64,000 nt of DNA from Gonapodya sp. JEL0774 (taxonomy: Eukaryota): contig JADIIX010000040.1 of assembly GCA_027604505.1 (NCBI GenBank), positions 1 through 64,000 on the forward strand. The letters run 5' to 3'. The notes below the pieces were generated by a model, which worked only from the letters and a program-made list of their open reading frames with translations, ran no database searches and was not told the DNA's origin. The position numbers and the translations under genes were made by a program. Of the stretch, positions 38,309 through 54,287 are shown one piece after another; position 1 is the first letter of the stretch; each line of letters begins with the position of its first letter.

Positions 38309-39642
38309 ATGCTCCGATTCGTTGCAATCAGCAATCCTGCTCTTCGTTCCTTGCGATCATCTCGTGCTGTTTTTGCATCCTGTGCCCATGCCTATCGTCC
38401 ATCTTCGGCGGATTGTCCTCGACGGGCCGCTGCACCCCGTAACCCGATCCCCCACAGATTCGAGTCTCACAGCACGAATGGACCGATATATCCTCATATT
38501 CCACTCGCCCCGATGCTGATGGCTCGTAACATTCGATGGTTATCGAGCGCCCGACCTCCTGCCGCTCTTCCACCAGCTATCCAACCAGACGCACCCGGCA
38601 AGATTACTCCCTCCAGTCCAGCGATCCCAGAGCTCGTTAATTCGAGTTCCTACCTTTCCCCCGGCGAAGCAACCAAGTATCTCCTGCAGTCCTCGGTCGC
38701 CAAGTGCGCGCGAAGCCCCACCACCATATTCGTCGCTTCGTTTTTGGGAGGTGCGTACCTTTCTTTTGGTGGACTCTTATCTTTGTCAGTGGCGGGCGGC
38801 TCGGCGGGCATCCTGCCGGCTGGGATCGTTTCTTTGTTGGCGGGCATTACATTTCCAGTCGGATTGTCCGTGAGTCCTTCACGTTCGCCCATCTGCGGAG
38901 CGAAAACTTGCATACACTTCACCGTCAATCGATTACCAGATGATCATCTTCACTGGCACTGATCTACTTACCGGGAACATGATGTATGGCACTGTACCCT
39001 TCATGAACCTCAACGCAAAATCTGGTCAAGACCACCAGTCTGCCGTGTCGTCATTGACGAAGATCCTCTCAGTTTCGTTCTTGGGGAATCTCGCGGGTAG
39101 TGGGCTCATGGCACTCACTCTTGGCGCGTTTGGCGGCGTGGCGGAAAACGCCGCGGTGGCTGGTTGGGTGATAGCGCTCGCCAAAAAGAAGTGCGCGTTG
39201 CCATTTATGACTGCCTTTGTTAGGGGCATTGGTGCTAACTGGGTGTGTGACGCGCAAATTTGACTTATCGAACTGCCCAGGAAACTCATGTTGCGCGGGT
39301 ACCTCCTCCTTCCACACTGTCCAGCTCGTCTGCCTTGCTGTTTACATGTCTATGTGCTCTCGAACAGCCGGCGGTAAAATTGCCTCTCTTTGGCTCCCCA
39401 TAACTACCTTCGTTGCTCTTGGCTTCGAGCACAGTGTTGCAAACATGTTCACGATCCCGCTAGGAATGTACCTTCTTTCGGGAACCCCCAACGCACTTGG
39501 TGCGATGGATTTTCTGGGGAATTTGTTACCTGTGGTGATGGGCAACTTCGTGGGGGCTGCAGTGTTTGTGAGTGCGGCGCAATGGTACTTGGCTTTCGGG
39601 TTGCGGAGAGGAATTTTTGAAGATAAATCTAAGCATGACTGA
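38309..39642 (+). CDS. Formate/nitrite transporter (FNT family) with an N-terminal presequence-like extension
   Basis: GGAYLSFGG, FPVGL, GTDLLTGN, GNLAGS, GIGANWLVCLA and FVALGFEHSVANM; two introns. Confidence 0.92.
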
Positions 39643-39952
39643 TGGGCTGTTGATTGGATTGCTAATTAAAAGCTTTACTTTTTGAATCCTGTAAACGCCC
39701 GGTGCAGCATGCACGATCTAACAGTACTGCTGCATACTTGGCATCAGGTTGATCGGCCAACTCTTCTGCACCCAACGCTGCAACGCCTCATAAGGCCACC
39801 TCCGTTCTGATCGGTGTCTCCGGTGGTTTGAATAGCGGATATTATACGACATCGCTTCTCTAATTGGATTTCTTTTCGTCACAAGAAGTAATTATTCGAT
39901 TCATGGAGGCTCATAGTGTTACAGAGGGTGAGCAGCCTGAACTGCATGCTAA

Positions 39953-40550
39953 CTAATTTTCCAACAAGTATTCTACCACTGATTTCCACTTTGTTCTGTC
40001 AGGTTGGTCCTCGGGTCCGTTGAGATAGTGCTCCACTCTCGCGGCTGCTGTGACGAGACCCGACATTTCATCTGTGATATCCCAAATAATTCAGTCATGA
40101 TATCCAAGGCGACGCGGCGAACGATAATCGATGTGATATTTGAAACTCACCCTTCGTCACAGCGAAGCGATCCCTGCCTTCCCACTCGGACATAATCGTG
40201 TTGGCATCGTAAAGTGTTTCCGGCGGACCAATCCATTCTATTGTAGCGTATTCTCCGGCAGGCAAGTCATCAATTTTGAGCGTAGTGTCTTGCAAGATCT
40301 TCGCTGCATCGGGCGGAATGGGCCACCCAACATGCACAGTGAGTAATGGCATGTCGACAAGAGTGTATCGCACGAGAGGAGGGCCAGCGTTCAGGACACC
40401 GTGTTTGTCCAAGACTGTGCGAACCTTTGGGAGACCATCCTCAATGCTGCCGCCCAGATCGTTCATCGATGTATCGTATAGACGGTAGGCATACGTCCGC
40501 GACGTAGCATAGGATTTGGTCGCGACTGGCGGAACATTCACAGCCGGCAT
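39953..40550 (-). CDS. GyrI-like small-molecule-binding domain protein
   Basis: AGPPLVRY, VHVGWPI, DLPAGEYATIEWIGPPETLYDA; the spliced last exon reads RVEHYLNGPEDQPDRTKWKSVV. Confidence 0.75.
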
Positions 40551-40769
40551 TTTGTGTTATGCTGTGTTGCGGCCGTTGCCTTGGGACAGCCGTTTTCGCA
40601 TTCATAAATGGCGCTGGTGTAGAATGTGTGGAAGAATCTGTGTTTTTGCGTGGCCAAAGTCGAAACAAAACAAGAATGTTCCGCCTCTCTTTGGACCGTG
40701 CATTCGGAATCCAAACGCATTGTCGAAACTCAAGCTAACACGTGAATACTGCATGATTATTATTGCAGC

Positions 40770-43700
40770 TCATCGATTCTTTTTCTTTCCCCTTCCCGAG
40801 GGGATCGACCTGTAATGAAAATTACCACTCCCATTGCTTTCAGTTGGTTGATCATATTTGTCAACCCTTTGTTTTGACAACGGAAGCTCAACGGAGTCCG
40901 AGTCCTCCTCAATTTCATCCTCCATATCCGCATTCGAGTCAACCTCTTGACCAAAACGGTCGACCTGAATAGCTGGGATTGCAGCAATTGACTTCTTCTT
41001 TGCTGACTGACGACCGTCCACTGCTGCCTTAATTGCATCGATCATCTTGAGACGAGCACGCTCGACAATTTCTGAGTCCCGATCAAGAAAATTTCGCGCA
41101 AGCGCGTTCCTCTCTTTCCGTGCGCTTTGTTTCGAAGGAAGGATTGGACCATCATCATTATCCTCAGTTCCGGACGCTCCATCACGGTCGCTGAAGTCAC
41201 CGTTAAACATAGTGTCTTCCATTTCCTCCGCTAAGTCCCTTTTTCCGTGATTCGGATTCGCAAATCGGTGTTCAAGGATAATGTCCACTATTTTTCGTGC
41301 GGCTAAGACAGCCTGAGCAGTATTTGAGCTCATGCGAAACTCCACCATGTCATCTGAGTCTCCAATTTGTAAGATAGTATCACCGGACCGCCGTCGACCG
41401 ACGGAGTTCAAGTGCACTGCACCAGTCGCAAACAGAGCAACCTCGAGATCTCCGACCACTGTCGTGTCCTTCAGGGCGACCCCACCCATGACAGTTGTTC
41501 CTGCCTCCGAATAGATCATCCATCGGCCAACATCTAGTGTGAGTGGAACATGGAAATTGACAGAGGACGGGTGAATTCCGGCTCGCGTGGTTGGGTTGGT
41601 ATAGATCTTTGGGGATGGTGTTTTGGTGGACTTCCTGTTCTTGGCCCCAGGGTAAAGAATCCGAGCGACATTCAAACTTCCGGCCAGCAGCGCCGCTGGG
41701 ACCAGCGCATCAGTTTGTGAAGTGCTATCGGTGATTCCATCATCATCAACGCTATCAACGCCAACTACTCGGGCGACCGCTTCACGGAGCTTTCTCCTCT
41801 CCTTTTCGATCATGTCCATGACCGCTCCCGAAACCCAGCTCTTGCGTGACCAATCTTTGCGAGCAGCTTCGCCTCCCTCTTGAGAGCATCGCTTCCACTC
41901 GGAAAATGCGTGGAGGAGTGTGAGATGATCAGACATTGTGCCACCAGAGAGTTCGACTCGAGATCTTCTCGCTTGCTCGCGATCCGCGAGGTTTGGGAGC
42001 ACAAATGGTGATCGGAAAGCGAGAGCTGAAGCGATGGTTAACGCCGGTGAAAGACATCCGAGAATGGAGGCATATCTGTGAACACATACGAAAGTTCAGT
42101 TGAGATCGTTGAGGAACGTCAAAATACCACCACTCACATGAGCATTTTCCCCACGGCAGGGCCAACGGGGATCTCCAGTAGCGCTTTCCCCAGGGCAGTT
42201 AGTTTCTCTTCTGTTGTCTCTTCGAGTGCTCCGAGATCTTTCAAATTGTCTACTGCAGAACGTATCGAAGCCTCTTTCGGAGGGTCTATTGCATTAGTGA
42301 GGAACAATCGGCACGGGCTTCTTCCAAGCGCCACCACTTGAAGACACAAATCTTCAAGTGGCACCCGTAGGATCTCGGGAATGGGTCTTTCGGAAATAGC
42401 CGAAGACAGGAAGAAATCCCGTGGGAGCAGTCGCCAGCACTTCCCTGCCCGCACGCGGCCTGCTCGCCCTCTCCTTTGTTGAGCATTTTGATGCGAGATC
42501 CACTTGACAGCTAGAGTGGAGAGTTGTGTCGATGCATCGAATTCACGTTCCTTATGTCGACAGGTGTCGATTACGTGCACGACATCTGTGTGTTGATAGA
42601 GTTGCCGTACTCAATTATGAACAACGGATATGTGAAGTTCAAAAAAAAAACATACCATCAATCGTGATGCTGGTTTCTGCGACATCAGTCGCAACCACAA
42701 CCTTGACCTTACCACTTCCAGGTTTTTGGAAAATCTTAGCCTGCTCCTCCTGAGGCACTGCACTGTGAAGGGGCACAATCACATCCCCGCGCATCACTTT
42801 GCTGCGGCGCAAACTATCCACGAGTGTTGAAATGTCTTCCCACCCGGGAAGAAACACCAAAATGGCTCCCTGGGGTTCTCTAGCGTCGCCCATTCGGAGT
42901 TTTAAATATTCCACAAGATCTAGCAAAAGTGATGACTCCCATTCAGATACTTTGCGTGGAGGAAAGAGAGCAGGCGCGCCCACTGATCCCGCATACGTCG
43001 TCTCATTGGAGATATTTTGAGTGTTTCCCGTTTTCTCATATTCGGGTTTGGAAACACGACGGAAGCTATTGCTAGCACCATAAAGGATCTGTTCGCGCCA
43101 ATTTGCAAGTGATTTCACCACGCTTGGCGAAAAGCTTCCCTGGGTATTCGGAGGGAGGCCAACGTTTTGTCCTCCTGCTTTGGAATAAGTTGGAGGAATT
43201 GGTGTGGCAGAAGATGAACCTGATCTATGGTTCATGCGCTGCGGGTGAGAATCACTAGCTTTCGGAGCCGGAATGGTGGCGTTCGGGACTACTCGAAGAA
43301 TATCCTCAAGATACAACTGCAAAGAGTCTCATCAACAATTACTGGCGGAATGATAGGTCATGCAAAGCTCACCTCTTCCACCGGAAACATACGACCCGGA
43401 ATATTTATGATTGGAACCGTGTGATCTTGCCAATCATGCTCGAAATACTTTTTGAACCGATCTGGTTCGATGGTCGCCGACACTGTGATTAGCGTGTCAA
43501 TGAACACCGCGAGTATATCAAGTGCAAAATATTAGGACCTAGGGTTGCATCGGGAACTCGAGCTTCTGTTGACAACTCACTTAAAACAACTCGCAAATCT
43601 TTCCTTCGTTTCACCAAATCTCTCAACACCACCACGACAAAGTCCTCGTTCAGATTTCTTTCATGCACTTCATCCAAAACTACCACCCCAACCTCAGTCA

Positions 43701-45023
43701 AATCTTTGTCGTCTGTTAACATTCTCAATAGGACGCCAGTAGTTACAAAAACGCATCTTGTGGCTGCCGAGTCTTTGTGGCTGAGACGAATGCGAAACCC
43801 CACTGTATCTCCTAACGGAACCCGAAGCTCGCGACTGACACGGAGTGCCACGGAAGTGGCAGAAATGCGGCGGGGTTGAGTGACTATACAAATTGGGGCT
43901 GGTTTGGTTGGGTTACTAACTTCTGGAAGAACTGATTGGATAATGTATTGAGGTAGTTGGGTAGATTTTCCACAGCCTGATGGGAATTGGTACATGAAGT
44001 TTTGATGAATTTCATTCATTTGTGAGTACAAACTCACCTGTGGCACCACAAATCACCACCACTTGATTGTGTCTGATCACATCGACTATTTCCTCCCTCA
44101 TAGCAGTAATAGGCAAGCCCTGCTGCACTTCAACAATCTTTGCGTATTCTTCGTCCGGCACCACCTGCCGGGGATCAAACGCCGACGCGGGTTGAAGTTG
44201 AGAGTAATGGGTCGAAGTTTGTTGTGGAGGGGTATCGGTTTGTTCCACTCCAATCTGTGCATCTTTCCAGCTTTGGAGGGCACCAGATACTTCAAGTAGA
44301 GATTGGGAAACGACTGGATCGAGCTCGAAGTGGATAGGTACTAGGTCGGCCTGTAGAGTCGCTCGAATTGAATACCCGAAGACCGGTGTAAAATACGCAA
44401 CACCCATCCAAACCGCAGTTGTCAAGAGCTCTCTCACCTCTTCCCACTTCCTCCGCCGGAAATCAGCTCCCGACTTGCTCTGCTGTTTGCGTTCGTTCTT
44501 CCTCTTCCGTTCGGGGGTACCTCGCGAATCCTGCTCCCCACTATCCTCAGACGTCTCATTTCGAGAGCCACACGGCTCTGTCTCGTCCATCACAGAGCTC
44601 GCATCAGATGCATCGGTGTGTAAATCGAAGTACGACCCAATGTCGGGCGGCACCGTGATCACAAACTCGGACAGCTTCCCTTTGCCTTGCTTCTCAATAC
44701 GAAGACCCATGTGTATGGTAATATTCTTAACATACTTCTGTGGATTCAATTAACGTTGCATTTGAAGCAGGAGCTTCCTCACGTAGGATGAGTCATCCCT
44801 CGTCGAAAAGCAAACTCACCCTTTCGAATCCGTTGAGAGCAGAGTACGGTATCACTAGCGCTTGCTCTGCAGGCGCTTCTTGCTCATTTTGTGCATTTAC
44901 TCCTTCGATGGATAAACGATCGGCAGTCCCTCGTCGTTCCTGGATAATGCGATCACGGAAATCTTTCAATTGAGCTCTATACCGATCCCGAGAGTTGGTT
45001 CGAGTTGTTTCGTCGTCAGACAT
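40770..45023 (-). CDS. DEAH-box RNA helicase (DHX36/DHX57/DHX29-like)
   Basis: LPI..R, GATGCGKSTQLPQ, TQPRRISA, DEVHER, SAT, ILVFLPGW, PLHS, ATDVAETSITID, QRRGRAGRV, PEILRVPLE, HA2 region and HPSSVN. Confidence 0.9.
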
Positions 45024-45257
45024 TATGCGGGTCGTGAGACGGAAAATCTAAGTGGTGGGAGTCGAAATTGCGCTTGACTTGACAATATGGATGTTGCGAT
45101 CCAAAACGAGCCGGCCGTCCGCAACCGGATCTTGAAGGCATACTGAGGATTCTCAGGTCATACGTAACTTCGAATTTTGCAGAACAATCAACAACGTGAT
45201 ATAGTATTTGCAGCATCGTCTCTCTGCTCGCAGATATTCAGTGATCATGGTTCTATC

Positions 45258-47943
<2,686 letters not shown>

Positions 47944-48768
47944 TGCGGTTCAAGAAATGAGAAAAACACGATATTGGTAAGTACAGGTCTCATAGCAGGA
48001 GTGGGTGTACCATCTATATGCACCTCATTCTGGATGGGATTCAGAGAATGTTCCGTGATTCGAAGTGGGACGGCGATCCTATAAAGCAGCCAAGACCACG
48101 GAGACACCGCCTTATAGGGAGTATTTTGCGGAGATAAGAATTGCTCAGGCGCACTTCTCGCAAATGTATGCGCCCAAAGACGGAGCGGTGTTCGAGTCAA
48201 GAACTGGTGAAACGTCTTGTGCGCAGCACCACAAATCCAATCATGGCATAATGCGCACCAACCACTCACAGGAAACCCTGACACACCAGAACCAGGAGCG
48301 GGGGCGTACCAACACCAGAGAAATACACGTGTCAGGATAGCTTTGAGCTGGCTGCGCTCAGTTTGTGCATATAGGATCGGAGGGTATTGAAACGAAAAAG
48401 TTGCTCGTCCGTGGAAGAGCCGGCACACGCGCCCTTTTGCGTGAAACGTGATTCAGATCGCCTCCATGCTTTTTCACTACAGACGGTATTCAAATATATC
48501 GGTGGAGTTTGAGGGCGGGACATCTACACCGCAACTTTCATGTGGTATGGGGAAATGAACGCTCCTCATGCATATTTCTTCAGCTCCACTGCTCAAACAA
48601 ATACATTGCTACATAAAGAGGAAGTCCGACTTTCTAACGTAGTTGCGATGCAACGCCTGAATGCTCGAACAAACAAAGCGTCCCCTGGTCCGAAATCATA
48701 AGCAGACGCTCACAGTACTAAACGGTATCGAACTCTCTGCAATAACGACAAGCCCCGGTATCCAATAA

Positions 48769-51401
48769 TCACAAGTTCGCCGAGCACTGATCCCCGATAA
48801 TCTTTCCAGTAACGCCTGCAGCCTCCGAAACAAGAACAGCCATACAGAAAAATATGAGGAGATTGGGGATAATTTCAAGCATCCAGACGAATTTGCCAGT
48901 CGGCGGAACGCAATCCTCGGGGCGGACATGCGGGATGCCGTACTCGTCGTATGTTCGGACGTGATCGGGATCCACGGAAACGGGACTCATGAGGAACAAA
49001 ACCGGAGGCGCCATGTTCTGCGCGTTATAAACTATGAACCCAAGTGTTCGCTCAGTCAATGCGCGTTTGCTGAATGTATAGGCCAAGTCGTCTACTCACT
49101 CAAGAAGATGGCTTGAAAAGTGAACTTGAAAATCGCCTCGCAACTTTTGAAGTCTGTGGCTGTCGCTCTCCAGATGAAGATACCCAGACTTGCGCCGAGA
49201 TACAGAAGGTGGAACCAGACGCTCTTGATACCTTGCACAGTGAAGAAGGTGTTCTTTGAAGCCATGTTGCCTGCAGTGTTCGTGACCTTGAAAGTGGTGG
49301 CAATGGCGGGGATCAAGTCTGTTCATATTAAACAAGGAATTCAGTTAACAAGACAGGCCGGTCGTAAAAGCGATAACGGCGTCCAATAAACGTACACTTT
49401 AAAAGAGCCACCAAGTAGTACGGAGACATCCAGATGAAAAGCTGAGGGTCACGGTTGTGGGCTTGAAAACCACCAGGAAGACCCCAGTAGAGCGAGTAGA
49501 AGAGGACACTGGTGGCAGTTTGTTGCGTATCAATAATCGAATCTTGGGATGAGACGCTGCAAAGACCTACCGGTTCATAAGCAACCACGGACCCAGGAAC
49601 ATCATCAGTATCTTGGTTTCTCCTGGCTTCACTGGCACAATGGGCCAATCAAAGAGAATGGTCATGAAAGGCATGACGATGAAAGCAAGAAGGGCAACGG
49701 GGAGCAGGTAGGACACGCCGGCGGAGAAATACATCGCGCGTTGGTGGAACTTGAGCTGGCCCGCCATAAACATGGGGTTGCGCTTGAAAAAGATTTGAAG
49801 AGTGCCAATACCCCAACGCTCGCGCTGCTTTAAAGTGGCATCAAGTGTGTCAGGAACGAGACTATATTGATTGGAGCAATCCTGTCAGCGGTTTCTTTTC
49901 GTACATGACCTCAGAGTGAATCCTTACCCGAATTGGATCTTTTTATTGACATAGATTGACTTCCATCCTTTGTTCTGGCAGGCAATGGCCGTGTCGAAGT
50001 CCTCCGTAATGGTGCCGATGGAAAATCCTCCGATATCCTCAAGGGCCTTCCGACGGAAAATCATGCCAGTTCCGACACAAGGGGCGGAGTCACGGCCGTC
50101 ACGCCAAGGCATGATGATGTCGTAGAACATGGTAGTATAGTGCGCAAGAGGATCTCCAGCTGCAGAGAACGCGCAAAAGATGACCACGGTCAGTTGAGTC
50201 AGAAGCGTGAAAATCGAGCAAAGCAATGCATGATACACCATGTACTTAAGTACTAACCTGGAATATTGTAGTACGCTTGTGGGCTTTGCACAAAGGCGAC
50301 GTCCGTGCGCTCGTAAAGGTAGGGAACCAGGGTCAAGAGGAAATTCGGGGCGATAATCATGTCCGAGTCAAGAACTCCGACATATTCGCCGTGAGTGACT
50401 CCTAATGCGTGGTTCTGTGTCACATCGGAGGGAAGAGTGGGTTGTCATAAAGTCCCAGGGAAACGAAAGATATCACGGAATGTGTAGACTAAGAACTGAC
50501 CATGTTTCCAGCTTTGAAGTGGTGAGGAACCCCCTTGATCTTTACTCTTCGTATGTATGTAATGTTCAGGTTGCGGTCTTTCTGCAACTCGTTTTCGACA
50601 TAGTCTTTGAGCAAGTCGTCACCCCCGTCGTCGCAAATGTGGCACATGAAGTTCTCGCGGGGGTAGTCCTGTCCGAGTGCAGCCTTTATTGTATCTTTGA
50701 TAAGCTCAACGGGCTCTCCGCAACAGGGGATGAGGATGTCGACGGTGGGCAACCGTTTGGGGATGGGAGGTTGTGTTCGGTCGGGTGGTTCTGACCAGAG
50801 GAGATCTAGGAAGAGTGGTCTATCAGCACTGACGCCTCCGAGACCCCGCAGTAAAAGAAGAGGCCCGAATCTCCGGTTCCTCGTCGGGGTGGTACTATTT
50901 TGTATCCGGCGAAGGAAGAATGATGCTCCGAGGAACATCCAGGGACGACACACTGCAAAGCTCCACGTGGGTGGCAACTACACATAATGGTGCCAGACTA
51001 AGCATTGCCATCAAGTCAAAGTAGTTGCTTCCATTATGGTGAGGTCATAGTGGCGCTCTCCGGCTTGGATCCCTTTGTAACAAGGAACCAACATCAGAAC
51101 GCGTCAGTGACTCACCAACTAGCCATAGGATAGAAGAGGTGTACAGGAGGGCCTCGAGCGAAATAAAGATGTACGGTATTGGGTTGTATGGCTTCAATTG
51201 AATGATGTTGAGGAAACGCCAGAAGAGATACCCAGCTCTACACAACATCAGCTTTGGGTATTAAGAACAGCAAGGAAACGAGAAGGCCGATTAAACGTAC
51301 CCGACGACCAGCATCAGGAGTGAGAAGCACATGACGGTTGTGAACTTTGCCAACCGCTTGAAGGTCGACTGCTCGGGGTCGTGCGGCGTTGCTGGAATCA
51401 T
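48769..51401 (-). CDS. Processive GT2 glycosyltransferase, cellulose-synthase (BcsA/CesA/CelA)-like
   Basis: PTVDILIPCCGEP, DDG, HFKAGNM, LDSDM, VAFVQSPQ, CVGTG..FRRKALEDIGGF, TITEDF, QRERW and F(K)VT; N- and C-terminal TM helices. The start is approximate. Confidence 0.9.
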
Positions 51402-52253
51402 CTTTGCGGGTCCGAGTTGTTAGGCGGGGACGTTAAGGAGAAAGACGCCCGGACCGGCCGTGTCTGCAACTGTGGTGTTCCTGGGTAGTTGTGTTTGCTG
51501 GTGGGAAAGGTCGCTGCCACTGCCACAACACATGAAGCCCTTTTTCCGCAAATGGAACAAAATCTGCCAAAACAGGAACGCACGATAAACTGAACAAATT
51601 GAAAGCAACAGGATCTATGCAGAATGTACCGATTGTTTATTTGAAGTGGATCTGTCCTGCTCTTTGTACTTTGTCTCTTTGTTGTGGCTGCATACCAATC
51701 CAACCGCCCTCAGCGCTTTTTTCTCTGGGGGTTCCTCAAAGCACAAGATCGACAAGATGATGACGTCGACAAGCTCTCAATAAAAGCCAGTTTCTTGCTC
51801 AGAAGATACTCAGGTAATATGATATTTGTATTGTGTGCCGGACACTATTACTGTTGATACCGGTACATAAAAATTGCAGACCAATGCCAAGAACAGCTCG
51901 GCGGTTTGCTTGATCGACCACGTAGAGTACGTCGGAATGCACCTTCAATGCATCCAGTTGCATGAGCGGGGTCACATCGCGAGTACTAAGCTATTCTTTT
52001 GGCTCAAGGCTCAATATTATTGGTTGTTTTGGGGGAGTCTCAAGCTGTCTCAAGGAAGTTTCATGTAAACGAACTTGCACAGTCGCAACTTCACCATTCT
52101 GCTGTATAAATCTTAGCGTTACAAGCTAAAATCGATTGGTAGTACAAGCTCGTGTTCTAATTTTCAGATGTAGTTCCCCGCCTTAATTAGCCAAGACAAT
52201 TCAAAAAAGAGTATTTACAAATTATGAGTTCGCCAGGGGGTGGTTCCTTGCGG

Positions 52254-54287
52254 CTAGAATACAAACGTCAATAAAACCAACGCCCCACCCACCGCAGTCA
52301 CCCAAGTCCCCAGCCATGACGCTAACCCTCTCCCTATACCATTTATCTTGGCGCTGTTGGTGGCGAGACCTCCTGCAATCGTCGTCGTCACAGTCACGGC
52401 AGAGTTGGATGTCTGGCGGGTTGTTGTTGTTGTTGTTGTCGTCGTCGTCGTCGTGCGCCGAGTGGTAGTCGCTGTTGTGGTTGTAGGACAGCCAGGAGAA
52501 GCGAAGCCCGGTATCGCCGAGCAGCTATAATAGCGACACGTCGACGTACTTTATGAGTCTCAATTGGGGCGCAGATCGGGAAAACGCCAGCTACCCACCT
52601 CCCCCATGCAAAAATTGTTGGGTCCATGTCGGCAAGGAACGCCGTGCGCTGGGCAGTCTGTCGTGTGATGGAATAGTCCACAGGACTGGCAATCCCCGAT
52701 ACGTTGACCGTTGTCTCATAGAGGAAAATAGCCTGTGTTGAACGATTATGCGAACATGCCGTAAATTTATACCTCCAAACCGATTTCAATCTCCGAACCA
52801 GATGAGCGCTAGTTGCCTACCTTCATCCCGGGTAGCAAATTCAGTGCATCTGCCGTGACCAATTGCTTCCACATTGCCCTCTTAATATCCAGCTCCGAAG
52901 CCATACCGGACCCGCTTGCCGCATACATAGCGCCCGTCTCGGCCAGGGCAAACGGCTTGTTCCGGTCGGTCACATACCGCTGGAAGAAATCTGTGGCGTT
53001 GGTGAAGCTGCCGTCGGCAGGACTCAATCCGTGCAAGGAGTTGTAAACGAAGCGAGAATAGGGGATCGCGTTGTTGCCATAATTCGCGATCCCGCCGACC
53101 CAGTCTTCACGGAGGCAGAGTGAGTTTGGAGTCCATCCGCGCGCGGGTGTAGATGAATGCAGAACATGAAATTTCCAGGGGGTAGTTGAATATGACAATG
53201 CAATCAAGCAACTTACACAAGCTCATTCCAACCCAGTCAACGTATACATCACCCGGGTCTTGAAATTGGAATTTCAAGCGGATGCCGAGCACACGAAGTT
53301 TGCGCATGTAAACAGCCACTACCGACGTCCACTCGAGCTAAACAACTTTTCACTCACAGAAGGGTTCGTAAGGATCGTCTTTGTTGTCCACCACCCCGTC
53401 GCCATTAGTGTCGAGAGCGGTGAAATCAGCAGTACCATTTACGGCTTTCGAAACCGCATCGAACGGATAGTCGGTTCCAATATTCGGTGCCCAGAGCATG
53501 GCAGTGGAAGTTGCACCGGTGTGAATAGCACTGGTGAAGGTTGAAGGGTTTCGTTATGTTGGATTATGGACTGCATGTGTATGCTCCAGCAGTCAGGGCT
53601 TACTTTGCGAGCCTGATGAAAGTCGCTTTGTACAGTATAGGTTGGATGCCCCAAGGGTACCCTGTTGAAGAAATATCGATTTTGTGTGGGTACACGTGAA
53701 AGTGAATCTGTAACCACCAACTTGGATAATATAACTCACACGCTCCATTCATTTCGTGTGCAAACCTTATCAAGGAATATAAGCGTTCGAATATTTTCGT
53801 CAACCATTGCCGCGACTACTAGTGGCGCCACCAAATCTGAAGATATGTACCTGAGCAAAACGTCCACCCCATTGTTGTTCAGCAACGCACAGATCCGTAC
53901 AATCTCGGAAATCCACTGGTCTGTCATGATACTCAAACCTCCATATGGCTCGATAGTTAGCATCAGCATTCCTCTGTCGGCGCTTCCCTTAGATGCTCTG
54001 GGGAACGGTTTGGTGAGGATGACGTCGCTGATGTATCCCGTGTCGGCTGTGGTATTGAATGGCACGCTCAGAAAGTACTGATATGCGAGCGCGGAGTAGC
54101 CTATCCGCGATGAAAAATTGGTTGGAGAATCCGAACTCCATGGAAAAGTTGCACCGAGATGGGGTTTGGCGGTGGGAGGGACGGGGTTGGTGCTCTGAGC
54201 GAATGTGCCCAGGACCACCAAGACGGATATAAATACGAGATAGGAAAGAAATCTTTTGATGGATAAAGTTTTGGGAATATAACTCAT
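52254..54287 (-). CDS. Secreted, probably GPI-anchored glycoside hydrolase family 26-like protein
   Basis: Signal peptide; LTIEP; RFAHEMNG (acid/base); YPWG-QP; LWAPN; PGDVYVDWVGMS; KPFALAETG (nucleophile); Thr-rich stalk; hydrophobic C-tail ..VGGALVLLTFVF*. Confidence 0.82.
52420..52453. repeat. Compound trinucleotide microsatellite (GTT)n(GTC)n encoding the poly-Thr stalk of the GH26 on the minus strand
   Basis: gttgttgttgttgttgttgtcgtcgtcgtcgtc read directly from the sequence. Confidence 0.85.

Noticed and set aside
47950..48700. Possible ncRNA or small gene between CEF1 and the GT2 gene
   Set aside because: No snRNA or snoRNA motifs and no credible coding signal were recognised.
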